From an uncultured Planctomycetia bacterium (lineage in GTDB: Bacteria; Omnitrophota; Gorgyraeia; 2-02-FULL-51-18), in contig CAZSGP010000003.1 of NCBI GenBank assembly GCA_964606485.1, forward strand, positions 2,481-66,480: a DNA stretch of 64,000 nt. Reading direction: 5' to 3'. A program made the translations under genes and the position numbers. Shown piece after piece: positions 8,435-18,387 of this stretch; positions within the stretch are counted from its first letter, which is position 1; each line of letters opens with the position of its first letter. The notes beneath the pieces were generated by a model. The model saw nothing but the letters and a program-made list of their open reading frames with translations. It searched no databases and was not told where the DNA came from.

Positions 8435-9181
8435 ATGTCAGGACATTCAAAGTGGGCGACGATTAAACATAAAAAGGGCGCGCTCGACGCCAAGCGCGGA
8501 GCTCTTTTTACAAAAATTATCAAAGAATTGACCGTAGCCGCAAAGCATGGCGGCGGAAACCCAGACGCAAACCCACGTTTACGCACGGTTTTGGCGAAAG
8601 CGAAGGAAGCCAATATGCCGGCAGACAACATCGACCGCGCCATCAAAAAGGGGACGGGTGAGTTGCCAGGCGTGGTTTACGAAGAAGTTGCGTACGAAGG
8701 TTATGGGCCGGGCGGTGTTGCAATTCTTATCGAAGCTTTAACTGATAATAAAAACAGAACCACGGCTGAAATTCGAAATATGCTCGAAAAAAAAGGCGGG
8801 AATATGTCTGGCGCAGGTTCTGTGGCCTGGCAATTTCATAAAAAAGGTTTCATTGTTGTCAAAAAATCAGCGATCGATGAAGACAAATTGATGACAATAG
8901 TGCTGGACGCCGGCGCTTCAGATTTCGCCGCTGAAAAAGATAATTTTGAAATCACAACTGAGCCTCAAGACTTTGAAAACGTAAAAAAAGCTGTAACGGA
9001 TGCCAAGCTTGCGACTGAGAGCGCCGAAGTCACGCGCATTCCGTCCGCCACGGTAAAGTTGGATCTGGAAAAGGCCAAATCCTGTCTAACGCTGATTGAA
9101 ACTTTAGAAGAGCACGACGATGTTCAGAGTGTCTTCACGAACATGGACGTCTCGGACGAGATTCTGGCTCAGCTAGGTTGA
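8435..9181 (+). CDS. yebC: YebC/PmpR family transcriptional regulator.
   Basis: Hallmark N-terminus MSGHSKWATIKHKKG. Confidence 0.9.
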   Translation: MSGHSKWATIKHKKGALDAKRGALFTKIIKELTVAAKHGGGNPDANPRLRTVLAKAKEANMPADNIDRAIKKGTGELPGVVYEEVAYEGYGPGGVAILIEALTDNKNRTTAEIRNMLEKKGGNMSGAGSVAWQFHKKGFIVVKKSAIDEDKLMTIVLDAGASDFAAEKDNFEITTEPQDFENVKKAVTDAKLATESAEVTRIPSATVKLDLEKAKSCLTLIETLEEHDDVQSVFTNMDVSDEILAQLG

Positions 9182-9663
9182 GTGGATTGAAAATTCTTGG
9201 AGTGGATCCGGGTTTAAGAGTGACCGGATACGCACTCATTGAAGCTCCAGCGCTGAAGCTCGTCGAAGCAGGCGTCATTCGGACGACGGAGTCTCTGGGA
9301 ATTTCTGAAAGGCTGAGTCGGATCTACGAAGGTCTTTCCGCTGCGGTGGAAGAGCTTAAGCCCGACGTGATTGCGATCGAAAAGCTTTACGCGCATTACA
9401 AACATCCAGTTACCGCGATTTTAATGGGACATGCACGGGGCGTAGTTTGTTTGGTGAGCGGTGTTAAAGAAATCCCCCTCGTCAACATCGCATCAACGCA
9501 TGTTAAAAAATCAGTCACCGGAAAAGGGCACGCTGGCAAATTCCAGGTGCAAAAAATGGTTCAACACCGATTGGGTTTAAAATCAATGCCCGAACCGCCG
9601 GACGTTGCGGACGCCATGGCTATCGCCATGACACATGCCTTTAGTCTCAAGCTTGCCCGATGA
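9178..9663 (+). CDS. ruvC: Crossover junction endodeoxyribonuclease RuvC.
   Basis: ILGVDPGLRVTGYALIE catalytic Asp motif; length 161 aa. Confidence 0.9.
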   Translation: MSGLKILGVDPGLRVTGYALIEAPALKLVEAGVIRTTESLGISERLSRIYEGLSAAVEELKPDVIAIEKLYAHYKHPVTAILMGHARGVVCLVSGVKEIPLVNIASTHVKKSVTGKGHAGKFQVQKMVQHRLGLKSMPEPPDVADAMAIAMTHAFSLKLAR

Positions 9664-10304
9664 TTTCTCGTATTAGTGGAGTGATTGATCAGTTTTCGGA
9701 CAACACATTGACCGTGGGTGTTGGGGGAGTTTCTTACGAAGTGATGATCCCAACCGCAGTCATGCGCGGTATGAATGAAAAACTTTCCAAAGAAAGTCCC
9801 ATCACACTCATCACCTATCACTATCATCAAACAGACCCGTCTAAAAGCATTCCTGTTTTAATAGGATTTTCGAACGCCATTGAAAAAGAATTTTTTGAAA
9901 AATTCATAACCGTCTCCGGCGTGGGTCCAAAGGCGGCGGTTCGCGCGCTGAGCGAACCGATTCCAGCGATTGCGCAGGCCATTGATGCGGGGGATATTAA
10001 ATTTTTAAAATCACTGCCAGGCATTGGCGAGCAAAAAGGGAAAGAAATTATCGCTAAACTTCAGGGGAAAATGGGGAAATTTGGTTTGATTCAAGGTGGA
10101 GCCGAAAAGGTTCCTGGCGCATCGCTTTCAAAGGACCAGAAAAAAGATTCCTTGATTGAAGAAGCGCTGGAAGTTTTGCTGCAGCTTCAGTACAAAAAAG
10201 ACGAGGCGCGAATTATGATCGAAAAAGCCTATGCCCGAAACGCCTCGCTTTCAAGTTCGGAAGAAATTTTAAACGAAGTGTATAGACAGCGAAAGAAATC
10301 ATAA
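9660..10304 (+). CDS. ruvA: Holliday junction branch migration protein RuvA.
   Basis: MI..I.G and GVGPK.A helix-hairpin-helix motifs. Confidence 0.9.
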   Translation: MISRISGVIDQFSDNTLTVGVGGVSYEVMIPTAVMRGMNEKLSKESPITLITYHYHQTDPSKSIPVLIGFSNAIEKEFFEKFITVSGVGPKAAVRALSEPIPAIAQAIDAGDIKFLKSLPGIGEQKGKEIIAKLQGKMGKFGLIQGGAEKVPGASLSKDQKKDSLIEEALEVLLQLQYKKDEARIMIEKAYARNASLSSSEEILNEVYRQRKKS

Positions 10305-11396
10305 ATGGCCGAAACAAAGCCCCGAAAACAGGATCCGCGCGAAAAAATTTCATTTGAACGCGTCGAGCGTGAAAAGTTAATCGACTCCCGCGCAGATCAA
10401 ATGGAAGGCGTGCTTGATCTTTCGCTTAGACCTAAAAAGATAGCAGACTTTGTGGGGCAGGAAGCGCTCAAAGAAAACTTTGGCGTGGCGCTTCAAGCCG
10501 CCAAAAAAAGAAAAGAGCCCCTGGATCACATTTTGTTGTCCGGGCCTCCGGGACTTGGAAAAACCACGCTCGCCCACATCGTCGCTCAGGAAATGGGCGC
10601 CAAAATTATGGCTACCAGCGGCCCAGCGATTGAACGCGCGGGAGACTTGATCGGTATTCTAACCAATCTGGAAGACGGGGATGTTTTGTTTATCGACGAA
10701 ATTCATCGCCTATCTAAGGTGGTGGAGGAGTTTGTGTACCCGGCCATGGAAGATTTTAATATCGACTTTGTTGTGGATAAAGGACCGTACGCCAAGACGA
10801 TTAAATTTGCGCTCAAGCGTTTTACGCTCATTGGAGCTACAACGCGTTCGGGGCTTCTCAGTTCGCCTTTGCGTGGACGCTTTGGAATTACCTTCCATTT
10901 GGATTTTTATTCGCCCGAAGATTTGAAAATGATTATTGAACGCTCGGCGAAACTCTTGTCTATTCCGATTGATTCCTCGGCGGCACTTGAGCTTGCGCGC
11001 CGTTCTCGGGGTACGCCGCGTATTGCCAATAAACTGTTGCGGCGCGTGCGGGATTATGCGCAGGTGAAGTCGTACCCAACGATTACAACGGAGGCAGTCA
11101 CCAAAGCGCTTTTGAGTCATGGCGTCGATGAAAAAGGATTGGATGAGCTCGATCGTAAAGTTCTAAAAACAATTATTGAGTTTTATGACGGAGGACCGGT
11201 GGGCATTGAATCGCTAGCCGCAACGCTCAATGAAGAAACTGACACGGTTGTAGATGTGGTTGAGCCGTACCTCCTAAAAGAAGGGTTTTTAAAGCGCACC
11301 TCCCGCGGACGCGAAGCAGCAGCACTCGCGTACCAACACCTTCAGATTCCGCGCCCCAAAAAACGGGGCGGGGATTTATTCGGCGCTCAAGCTTAA
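10305..11396 (+). CDS. ruvB: Holliday junction DNA helicase RuvB.
   Basis: Walker [18 protein letters not shown], and the [16 protein letters not shown] motif. Confidence 0.95.
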   Translation: MAETKPRKQDPREKISFERVEREKLIDSRADQMEGVLDLSLRPKKIADFVGQEALKENFGVALQAAKKRKEPLDHILLSGPPGLGKTTLAHIVAQEMGAKIMATSGPAIERAGDLIGILTNLEDGDVLFIDEIHRLSKVVEEFVYPAMEDFNIDFVVDKGPYAKTIKFALKRFTLIGATTRSGLLSSPLRGRFGITFHLDFYSPEDLKMIIERSAKLLSIPIDSSAALELARRSRGTPRIANKLLRRVRDYAQVKSYPTITTEAVTKALLSHGVDEKGLDELDRKVLKTIIEFYDGGPVGIESLAATLNEETDTVVDVVEPYLLKEGFLKRTSRGREAAALAYQHLQIPRPKKRGGDLFGAQA

Positions 11397-11398
11397 CG

Positions 11399-12526
11399 TT
11401 GATGCGCAGGCGAATCTTTTTTTTAGCGTGCGCATGGTGCTTAGCGGCAACACCCGTCTTTGCCGCCGATGTTCGAGTATTGATTGCTGAAAATCTAAAA
11501 ACAACTCTACTGTCTGCGCAAGGCAACTACACCATTCGAACTCTACCTGATTTAAAAGCTGTCAAAACCGGCAATGATCTAAAAAACGCCCGCGTTCTAC
11601 CTTCCTCAAACGGTTTTTTGATCGGAAAAGAAAACTTTATCTGCCGGGGAATTCAAATTGAAGCGCAAGAAGAGCGCTCACTTTTTTTAAATAAATCACG
11701 TTTCCGCGGAAAAATAAATTTATTAAAAAATAATGCTGGGCTTCTCTACGCCATCAACACGCTAGACGTGGAAGGGTATTTGTACGGCGTTTTGCATCAC
11801 GAGGTTTCTTCGTGGTGGCCCATGGAGGCTTTGCGTGCGCAGGCGATTGCGGCAAGAACTTATGCGCTTTACCAGGTTCAGGTTAGCCGCAGTCAGGAAT
11901 ACGATTTAAAAAGTAGCACTTTCTCCCAGGTTTACGGCGGGAGCACTACGGAGCGTTTTCGCACGAAGAGCGCTGTGGACCAGACCAAGGGCCAAGTGTT
12001 GACCTCCGACGGAAAAATTTTCCCAGCCTATTTTCACTCAGCCTGTGGAGGAAAAACGGCGGGTGCTGAAGAGCTTTGGAAAATTTCAACAAAGACGCTT
12101 GCGGGCAACGTGGTCTGTGGTTATTGCAAAATGTCGCCGCATAATTTTTGGCATGCGAATGTGCCGCTTGTTGAAATTAAGCAAATCATGGAAAAAAATG
12201 GAAGACCCGTTGGGGAAATTTTGGATCTAAAGGCCGTGACGCAAACCCCTTCGGGGCGCGTGGGGAGCTTAAAGATTACGGGCGCGAGTGGAGAGATGAC
12301 GATTGCTGCCAAAGATTTTCGGATTTGGATAGGAGGCGAGCGGATTCGCAGCACGCAGTTTACGCTCAAAATCAACGAAGATATGGTTGAATTTAAGGGG
12401 AAAGGGTGGGGCCACGGCGTCGGACTCTGTCAGTGGGGTTCGTTTGGCCAAGCGCTACTCGGCCGCTCACACGAAGAAATTCTAAAATTTTATTATCCGG
12501 ATTCCACGATTGCGGTTAATTCATGA
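11399..12526 (+). CDS. SpoIID/LytB domain protein (cell-wall amidase enhancer family).
   Basis: Signal peptide plus the conserved EALRAQAIAARTYAL and HSACGG motifs. Confidence 0.8.
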   Translation: MMRRRIFFLACAWCLAATPVFAADVRVLIAENLKTTLLSAQGNYTIRTLPDLKAVKTGNDLKNARVLPSSNGFLIGKENFICRGIQIEAQEERSLFLNKSRFRGKINLLKNNAGLLYAINTLDVEGYLYGVLHHEVSSWWPMEALRAQAIAARTYALYQVQVSRSQEYDLKSSTFSQVYGGSTTERFRTKSAVDQTKGQVLTSDGKIFPAYFHSACGGKTAGAEELWKISTKTLAGNVVCGYCKMSPHNFWHANVPLVEIKQIMEKNGRPVGEILDLKAVTQTPSGRVGSLKITGASGEMTIAAKDFRIWIGGERIRSTQFTLKINEDMVEFKGKGWGHGVGLCQWGSFGQALLGRSHEEILKFYYPDSTIAVNS

Positions 12527-13536
12527 ATTTATCTGATTTCGATTACCCGCTTCCCAAAGATCTGATTGCACAAAGCCCAGTTTCGCCTCGAGACCACTCG
12601 CGACTGCTCGTTGCTGATCGAAAATCCAAAACGCTATCCGATAAACATTTCTATGATCTTTTAGATCTTGTTCAGCCGGGTGATGTGTTGGTGTTGAATG
12701 ACACCAAGGTGTTTCAGGCAAGACTCCTCGGGAATAAAAAATTGACCGGGGGAAAAGTAGAAATTCTTTTGCTTGAGCCAAAGGAGGAGCCATATCTTTG
12801 GCGAGCGCTTGTCCAGCCCGTTTTGAAAGAGGGGCAGGAAATTGAAATTGGTGAAGCGAAGGCGGTGTTTGTCGGGAGAGACCATGACGGCATTCCGATC
12901 GTGGAGTTCGAGGGCGTTGAAGATGTGAGGGGGATGGCAAAAAAAATTGGAACCATGCCTCTACCGCCTTACATTAAACGAAATCCGGGACCGCTCGATG
13001 AAGACACCTACCAAACCGTTTATGCCAAAAACGAAGGGGCGGTTGCTGCGCCCACTGCGGGGCTTCATTTCACAGATGAACTGCTTAAAAAAATAGCTCA
13101 GAAAAATGTTCAAGTGCTTTACGTCACGCTTCACGTCGGCTACGGCACGTTTAAGCCAGTAGAGGATATGGAAAATCACCGCATGCATTCGGAATCTTTC
13201 TTTTTAAGTGAAGCGGTGGCCAAAGAAATTAATCAAGCGAAGGCCGAAAAAAGAGCCATTTGGGCCGTTGGAACTACGGCGCTACGAGTGCTTGAGACCT
13301 GCGTCCAAAACAAAAAGTTGATTTCCGGAAGCGGACAGACGGATTTATTTATCAAAGAGCCTTTTGAATTTGAGATTGTGGACCACTTGATTACAAATTT
13401 TCATTTGCCTAAAACGACTCTGCTTTTTTTGGTGTCCGCATTGATGGGGGAGAGTTTTAGAAAAGCAGCCTACGAGCATGCGCTTCATGAAAAATACCGT
13501 TTTTATAGCTATGGCGACGCGATGGCAATTCTCTAA
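12523..13536 (+). CDS. queA: S-adenosylmethionine:tRNA ribosyltransferase-isomerase.
   Basis: N-terminus L.DFDY.LP..LIAQ.P. Placed in an operon with tgt. Confidence 0.95.
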   Translation: MNLSDFDYPLPKDLIAQSPVSPRDHSRLLVADRKSKTLSDKHFYDLLDLVQPGDVLVLNDTKVFQARLLGNKKLTGGKVEILLLEPKEEPYLWRALVQPVLKEGQEIEIGEAKAVFVGRDHDGIPIVEFEGVEDVRGMAKKIGTMPLPPYIKRNPGPLDEDTYQTVYAKNEGAVAAPTAGLHFTDELLKKIAQKNVQVLYVTLHVGYGTFKPVEDMENHRMHSESFFLSEAVAKEINQAKAEKRAIWAVGTTALRVLETCVQNKKLISGSGQTDLFIKEPFEFEIVDHLITNFHLPKTTLLFLVSALMGESFRKAAYEHALHEKYRFYSYGDAMAIL

Positions 13537-13922
13537 TGTTTAAAAAATTCCTACCCTTTTTAATTTTAGGACCTGTCGCCAACTTGCTATGGCTACTCTG
13601 GGTGGCACCTGAGATTGGTGAAATTGGAAATAGATCCGAGGCGCTTGAGTGGATTACCGTGCAAATGGTTCTCCCGCTTATTTTTTCTATTTTTTTGCTA
13701 CTTCGAAGAAAATTTATCTTATGGGCGATTTTGGTTTATAGCGGATTTATCATTTTGTACACGCTTGGCGTTTTGGGTTGGGCGCTGATGGGTGAAGGAA
13801 CGCCGCTCTCGGTCTATGCTGTTTCTATCATTTTATTTGTGATGAGTTTTGGATTAATTTATCAGGCTCTCAAAGGGCTGAATATCGGAAAAAAGGAGAA
13901 ATACTATGGCTTTGAAGACTAA
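13536..13922 (+). CDS. Hypothetical integral membrane protein (about 4 transmembrane helices).
   Basis: 128 aa, hydrophobic. Start overlaps the queA stop (TAATG). Confidence 0.45.
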   Translation: MFKKFLPFLILGPVANLLWLLWVAPEIGEIGNRSEALEWITVQMVLPLIFSIFLLLRRKFILWAILVYSGFIILYTLGVLGWALMGEGTPLSVYAVSIILFVMSFGLIYQALKGLNIGKKEKYYGFED

Positions 13923-14796
13923 CGAAAAATTTTTGGTGAAAATGGCGGTGCAAGGAAAACCCGCAAACCCGCTTCGCTTTGGAGAGTTTGAGCTCGACTC
14001 CAAAGGTCAAGGGCACTCGTTGCCAAGTGTCGGCGGAATTACCTACAACGTAAAAGTAGGAGATCCTGCGTTTGGATGGAGAGGGGATCATATTGAGCCG
14101 GGTGTCTCGGCGGTGCTCGACGAAGAAAAACGTTCCGGAAAACAGAATATGGCGCTTCAGTTTTTAGCGTGCATCGGAAACGAGGCCACGGTGATTTCGG
14201 GCGCTGCGAAGGGCGCCAAGGGAACGGTGACAGGCCGCCACGGAGGAGTGGAGCATCTCATCATTGATTTTGACGACAAAACCTTAGAAAAATTAACTTA
14301 CGATGACAAAATTTTAATTCGTGCTTACGGTCAAGGGTTGAAACTGGAAGAGTGCCCCGAAGTATTTATTTACAATCTCGACCCGCGTGTTTTGAATTTA
14401 TGGGGAATTAAAGTTTTAAAAAATGGGGCGGTGGAAGTTCCGGTTACGATGGAAGTTCCGTCGGCCTTGATGGGTTCGGGACTCGGTCATGCAGACCCCG
14501 GTACCGGCGATTACGACATCACGACTCAGGATCCAAAAGTGGTGAAGCGTTTAGGTTTGGATAAGCTAAAGTTTGGTGATTTTGTCGCGATTACCGATGC
14601 GGACAATACTTACGGCCGCCATTATTTTGAGGGCGCCGTCACAATCGGAGTTGTGTCGCATTCGGATAGCTTTCTCTCAGGCCACGGCCCTGGTATTTCG
14701 ACGCTCTTGTCGTCTAGAACCGGAAAAATAGAGCCCAAAATTTCAGCCAATGCAAATTTGGCCCGTGTTTTAAAAATCGGCCGACACAAACGTTGA
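13906..14796 (+). CDS. Conserved hypothetical protein, possibly DUF4438-like.
   Basis: 296 aa, Gly-rich, with no catalytic motif I can name. The DUF assignment is from memory and unverified. Confidence 0.45.
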   Translation: MALKTNEKFLVKMAVQGKPANPLRFGEFELDSKGQGHSLPSVGGITYNVKVGDPAFGWRGDHIEPGVSAVLDEEKRSGKQNMALQFLACIGNEATVISGAAKGAKGTVTGRHGGVEHLIIDFDDKTLEKLTYDDKILIRAYGQGLKLEECPEVFIYNLDPRVLNLWGIKVLKNGAVEVPVTMEVPSALMGSGLGHADPGTGDYDITTQDPKVVKRLGLDKLKFGDFVAITDADNTYGRHYFEGAVTIGVVSHSDSFLSGHGPGISTLLSSRTGKIEPKISANANLARVLKIGRHKR

Positions 14797-15914
14797 GCTT
14801 CTTTCAGGTTCTTCACAAAGACCCGCAGACCAAAGCAAGGACGGGTGTTTTAAAAACTCCTCACGGCGAAATCAAAACTCCCGTGTTCATGCCTGTCGGC
14901 ACGCAAGGTACGGTCAAAACCATTTCTAATCCGGAACTGCTTGAGGCCGGCGCTCAAATCATTCTCGGAAATGCGTACCATCTTTATTTGCGACCCGGCG
15001 AGGAAGTCATCAAGGCTGCTGGCGGTTTGCATGGACTCATGAATTGGAAAAAGCCGATTCTCACGGACTCCGGCGGATTTCAAATTTTCAGACTTGCGGG
15101 CTTAAGAAAAATAAAAAACGAGGGTGTGGAGTTTAAATCTCACATCGACGGATCTAAGCATTTTCTGACTCCGGAAGATGTGATCCGGATTCAGACGAAT
15201 ATCGGCAGCGACATCATGATGCCGCTCGATGAATGTGTGAAATACCCCGAAGAAAAAGATTATGTTGATAAGTCACTGCTCATCACACACGACTGGGCCA
15301 GACGTAGCAAAGAGGCTTGGCTTAAAACGGGTACGTCGTCCATTCTCTTTGGAATTGTTCAGGGCGGAACCTACGCGGATCTTCGAAAAAAATCAGCCAA
15401 AGTTTTAGTTGATATGGATTTTCCGGGTTATTCCATTGGAGGCTTAAGCGTAGGGGAGCCTAGCGAGGCGATGTACGCGACGCTTGCAGAGACTTTACCC
15501 GAACTCCCCGAAAATAAACCTCGGTATCTAATGGGCGTGGGTTTGGTGAACGATCTTTTTGAGGCGGTTTCGCAGGGCGTAGACATGTTTGACTGCGTGG
15601 TTCCTACTCGAAACGGGCGTAACGCCACGGTTTTCACGCGTTTTGGGAAGTTGCTTTTAGGGGGTGCTTCGTATATCAAGGATTTTAGACCGATTGAAGA
15701 GGGTTGTCCTTGTTACACTTGTAAGCATCACAGCCGAGCGTACTTGCGGCATCTTTTTAACGCCGAAGAATACCTGGCTGGCCGACTTGCTTCTTTACAC
15801 AATCTGACATTTTTTATACAATTGCTCGAGTCAATGAGACTTGCAATCAACGAAAACCGTTTTTCAGAGTATCGAAAAAATTTTGAGAGGGATTTCAATG
15901 GAAGGTCAGCCTAG
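14793..15914 (+). CDS. tgt: Queuine tRNA-ribosyltransferase.
   Basis: T.hG.i.TPvFMPVGT and the zinc-site CxC..C...H motif near the C-terminus. Confidence 0.95.
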   Translation: MSFFQVLHKDPQTKARTGVLKTPHGEIKTPVFMPVGTQGTVKTISNPELLEAGAQIILGNAYHLYLRPGEEVIKAAGGLHGLMNWKKPILTDSGGFQIFRLAGLRKIKNEGVEFKSHIDGSKHFLTPEDVIRIQTNIGSDIMMPLDECVKYPEEKDYVDKSLLITHDWARRSKEAWLKTGTSSILFGIVQGGTYADLRKKSAKVLVDMDFPGYSIGGLSVGEPSEAMYATLAETLPELPENKPRYLMGVGLVNDLFEAVSQGVDMFDCVVPTRNGRNATVFTRFGKLLLGGASYIKDFRPIEEGCPCYTCKHHSRAYLRHLFNAEEYLAGRLASLHNLTFFIQLLESMRLAINENRFSEYRKNFERDFNGRSA

Positions 15915-16176
15915 CCCGATTCTACAGTTTTTACCGTTAATTTTCTTATTTGTCGTGTTTTACTTTCTTCTTATTCGTCCGCAACAAAAGAAGCAAAAAG
16001 AACATACGGAAATGTTAACGAAGCTTGATAAAAATGACGAAGTGATCACCTCGGGCGGCGTTCACGCCACCGTGGTCAACGTTGGCGATAAAACCGTAAC
16101 CTTAAGAATTGCCGATAATGTCAAAATCGAAATCGAGAAGGGTTCGATTTCTACAGTCAAGAAAACCAGGAGTTAA
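15898..16176 (+). CDS. yajC: Preprotein translocase subunit YajC.
   Basis: Internal ATG at 15898 with a GAGAGGG RBS. The single transmembrane helix and the V.T.GG..G.V consensus are present. Confidence 0.85.
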   Translation: MEGQPSPILQFLPLIFLFVVFYFLLIRPQQKKQKEHTEMLTKLDKNDEVITSGGVHATVVNVGDKTVTLRIADNVKIEIEKGSISTVKKTRS

Positions 16177-16185
16177 TATAATTTT

Positions 16186-18387
16186 ATGAATCCCAACAGT
16201 CTGAAATGGCGCTGGCCGCTTATTATTGTTGTTTTAGGTGTGGCGCTTTTGTATGCGGTGCCGCCGTTCGACATGACTTGGGGAGGCGTTAAGCACGAGG
16301 GGAAAATAAAGCTCGGTCTTGATTTGCGCGGGGGTATGCACTTGATTCTTCGCGTGGACACGTCCAAGCTTCCCGAAAACGCCAAATACGATGCCGTGGC
16401 GCGCGCCATTGAAATTGTGCGTAACCGTATTGACCAGTTTGGTGTAGCAGAGCCCTCGATTCAGGCTGAAGGCATTGACAGGATTGTTATACAGTTGCCG
16501 GGCGTGACAGATCGTCAGCGCGCGCTGGATATGGTGGGTAAAACAGCGTTACTCGAATTTAAATTAGTTTCGGATAACGCTGAAAAATTAAAGGACGCAT
16601 CAGCCGGCAAAACGGTTGAAGGCGCAAAACTTTATAAGGACGAAGAAGGTCGTGATCTTTTATTAGAAGATACGACGCTCTTAACCGGTAAATACATCAC
16701 GAACGCCAAAGTGGATTTTGGCCAGTACGGCGAGCCGGTTGTTGATCTTGAGTTTAATGGGGATGGAGCCAAGTTATTTTCCGATGTCACGGGGAACAAT
16801 GTCCAGCGTCGTCTGGCCATTGTTTTGGATGACAAGGTTCAGTCGGCTCCCGTCATCAATGAGCGTATTCCTTCGGGCCGCGCTCAAATTTCAGGGCATT
16901 TCAATGCCGACCAAGCTTCAGATTTAGCCATTACGCTACGTGCGGGCGCACTTCCTGCCCCGATCGTGATTGAGAATGACGCCACTGTGGGTCCGAGTCT
17001 TGGAAAAGATTCGGTTCAACAAGGTATTCGCGCGACTCTAATTGGTTTGGGAGCTGTGGTTCTTTTCATGGCGGTTTATTATCTATTTTCCGGCCTTGTC
17101 GCTAATTTTGCGCTCCTGTTAAACGTTATTATTATTTTGGCTGCGATGAGCTACTTCCACGGCACGCTTTCATTGCCGGGTATTGCGGGTATCGTGCTCA
17201 CGATTGGTATGGCGGTAGACGCCAACGTGCTTATTTTTGAAAGAATCCGAGAGGAGCAGGCGCTCAAGAAGCCGGTGCTTGCCTCGCTGCAAGCTGGGTA
17301 TCACAAGGCGTTCGCAACGATTCTTGACTCGAATATCACAACCCTGATCACAGCACTTATTCTTTATTTTATGGGCAGTGGACCCATTCGTGGTTTCGCG
17401 CTGACGCTTTCCATTGGTTTGATGGCGAGCATGTTTACAGGTGTTTTTGTAACACGCGCTATTTTTGATTTGATGATGGCCAAGGGCGCTCTCAAAGAAT
17501 TCAAAATGCTTCACTTTTTGCAGAAGCCTCCAAAATTGGACTATTTGAAAGTTCGCCGGTTTTGTTATGCAGCGTCGATCGGAATAATCGTTTGGGGTAT
17601 GATTGTTTTTGTTCAGCGCGGCGAAAAAATGTTTGGCGTTGATTTCGCCGGCGGAACCATGCAAGAGTACCGCTTTGAAAAGCCGATCGAAGTTGAAGAC
17701 ATTCGCAAGTCTTTGAACGAAGTCGGTCTTGGTACCGCCTCGATTCAGAAAATTGGGAACTCGAATCAAATCATTGTCCGCGGTCCTATCAACGCTGGAG
17801 AAAAAATAGAAGCCCAGATCAAAAAAGATTTTTCCGGAAATCGCTTTGATCTGCTTCGCTCTGAAAATGTGGGGCCGATTGTCGGAAAAGAAATGCGCGG
17901 CAAAGCCATTTGGGCGATTGTACTTGGCTTGCTTGGCATTTATATTTATGTCGTGTGGCGTTTCGACTTCAAATTTGCATTCGGCGCCATTCTCTCACTG
18001 TTCCACGACGCGCTTATCACGGTGGCTTGCGTGGCTTTGGCGGGGAGAGAGTTCTCGGTTCCAGTGCTCGCGGCCGTCTTAACGGTGCTCGGTTATTCTA
18101 TTAATGACACCATCGTCATTTTTGACCGTATTCGCGAACGCCGGCGCATGGGTTTTAAGGAAACTTTCGAGCAGACCATCAATAATAGTATCAATCTCAC
18201 CATGGCGCGCACGATTTTGACTACGCTTACCGTTATTCTGGTGGTCTCATCGCTTTACTTTTTTGGCGGCGAAGTCATTAATGATTTCGCGTTCACCATG
18301 CTGGTTGGTGTGATCACCGGTACTTATTCCACGGTTTACATTGCCGCGCCGGTGCTGATGGATTGGCCAGGGTCTAAGCCTAAATAA
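16186..18387 (+). CDS. secDF: Fused protein translocase subunit SecDF.
   Basis: 733 aa, with both SecD and SecF transmembrane bundles and the periplasmic domain. Confidence 0.95.
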   Translation: MNPNSLKWRWPLIIVVLGVALLYAVPPFDMTWGGVKHEGKIKLGLDLRGGMHLILRVDTSKLPENAKYDAVARAIEIVRNRIDQFGVAEPSIQAEGIDRIVIQLPGVTDRQRALDMVGKTALLEFKLVSDNAEKLKDASAGKTVEGAKLYKDEEGRDLLLEDTTLLTGKYITNAKVDFGQYGEPVVDLEFNGDGAKLFSDVTGNNVQRRLAIVLDDKVQSAPVINERIPSGRAQISGHFNADQASDLAITLRAGALPAPIVIENDATVGPSLGKDSVQQGIRATLIGLGAVVLFMAVYYLFSGLVANFALLLNVIIILAAMSYFHGTLSLPGIAGIVLTIGMAVDANVLIFERIREEQALKKPVLASLQAGYHKAFATILDSNITTLITALILYFMGSGPIRGFALTLSIGLMASMFTGVFVTRAIFDLMMAKGALKEFKMLHFLQKPPKLDYLKVRRFCYAASIGIIVWGMIVFVQRGEKMFGVDFAGGTMQEYRFEKPIEVEDIRKSLNEVGLGTASIQKIGNSNQIIVRGPINAGEKIEAQIKKDFSGNRFDLLRSENVGPIVGKEMRGKAIWAIVLGLLGIYIYVVWRFDFKFAFGAILSLFHDALITVACVALAGREFSVPVLAAVLTVLGYSINDTIVIFDRIRERRRMGFKETFEQTINNSINLTMARTILTTLTVILVVSSLYFFGGEVINDFAFTMLVGVITGTYSTVYIAAPVLMDWPGSKPK

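Noticed and set aside
17170-17769. Long antisense ORFs from the six-frame track that overlap strong-homology genes: this one opposite secDF, 22187-22720 opposite recG/rsmD, 10710-11120 opposite ruvB, 38453-38959 opposite argF, 39775-40188 opposite argG, 58464-58937 opposite pnp, 43146-44042 opposite dapF/dapA, 6515-6949 opposite UDG, 21425-21919 opposite recG, 12521-12940 opposite queA, and others.
   Set aside because: Each overlaps a clearly homologous gene on the other strand and has no recognisable motifs. Open antisense frames are expected at about 50% GC. They were not called as features.
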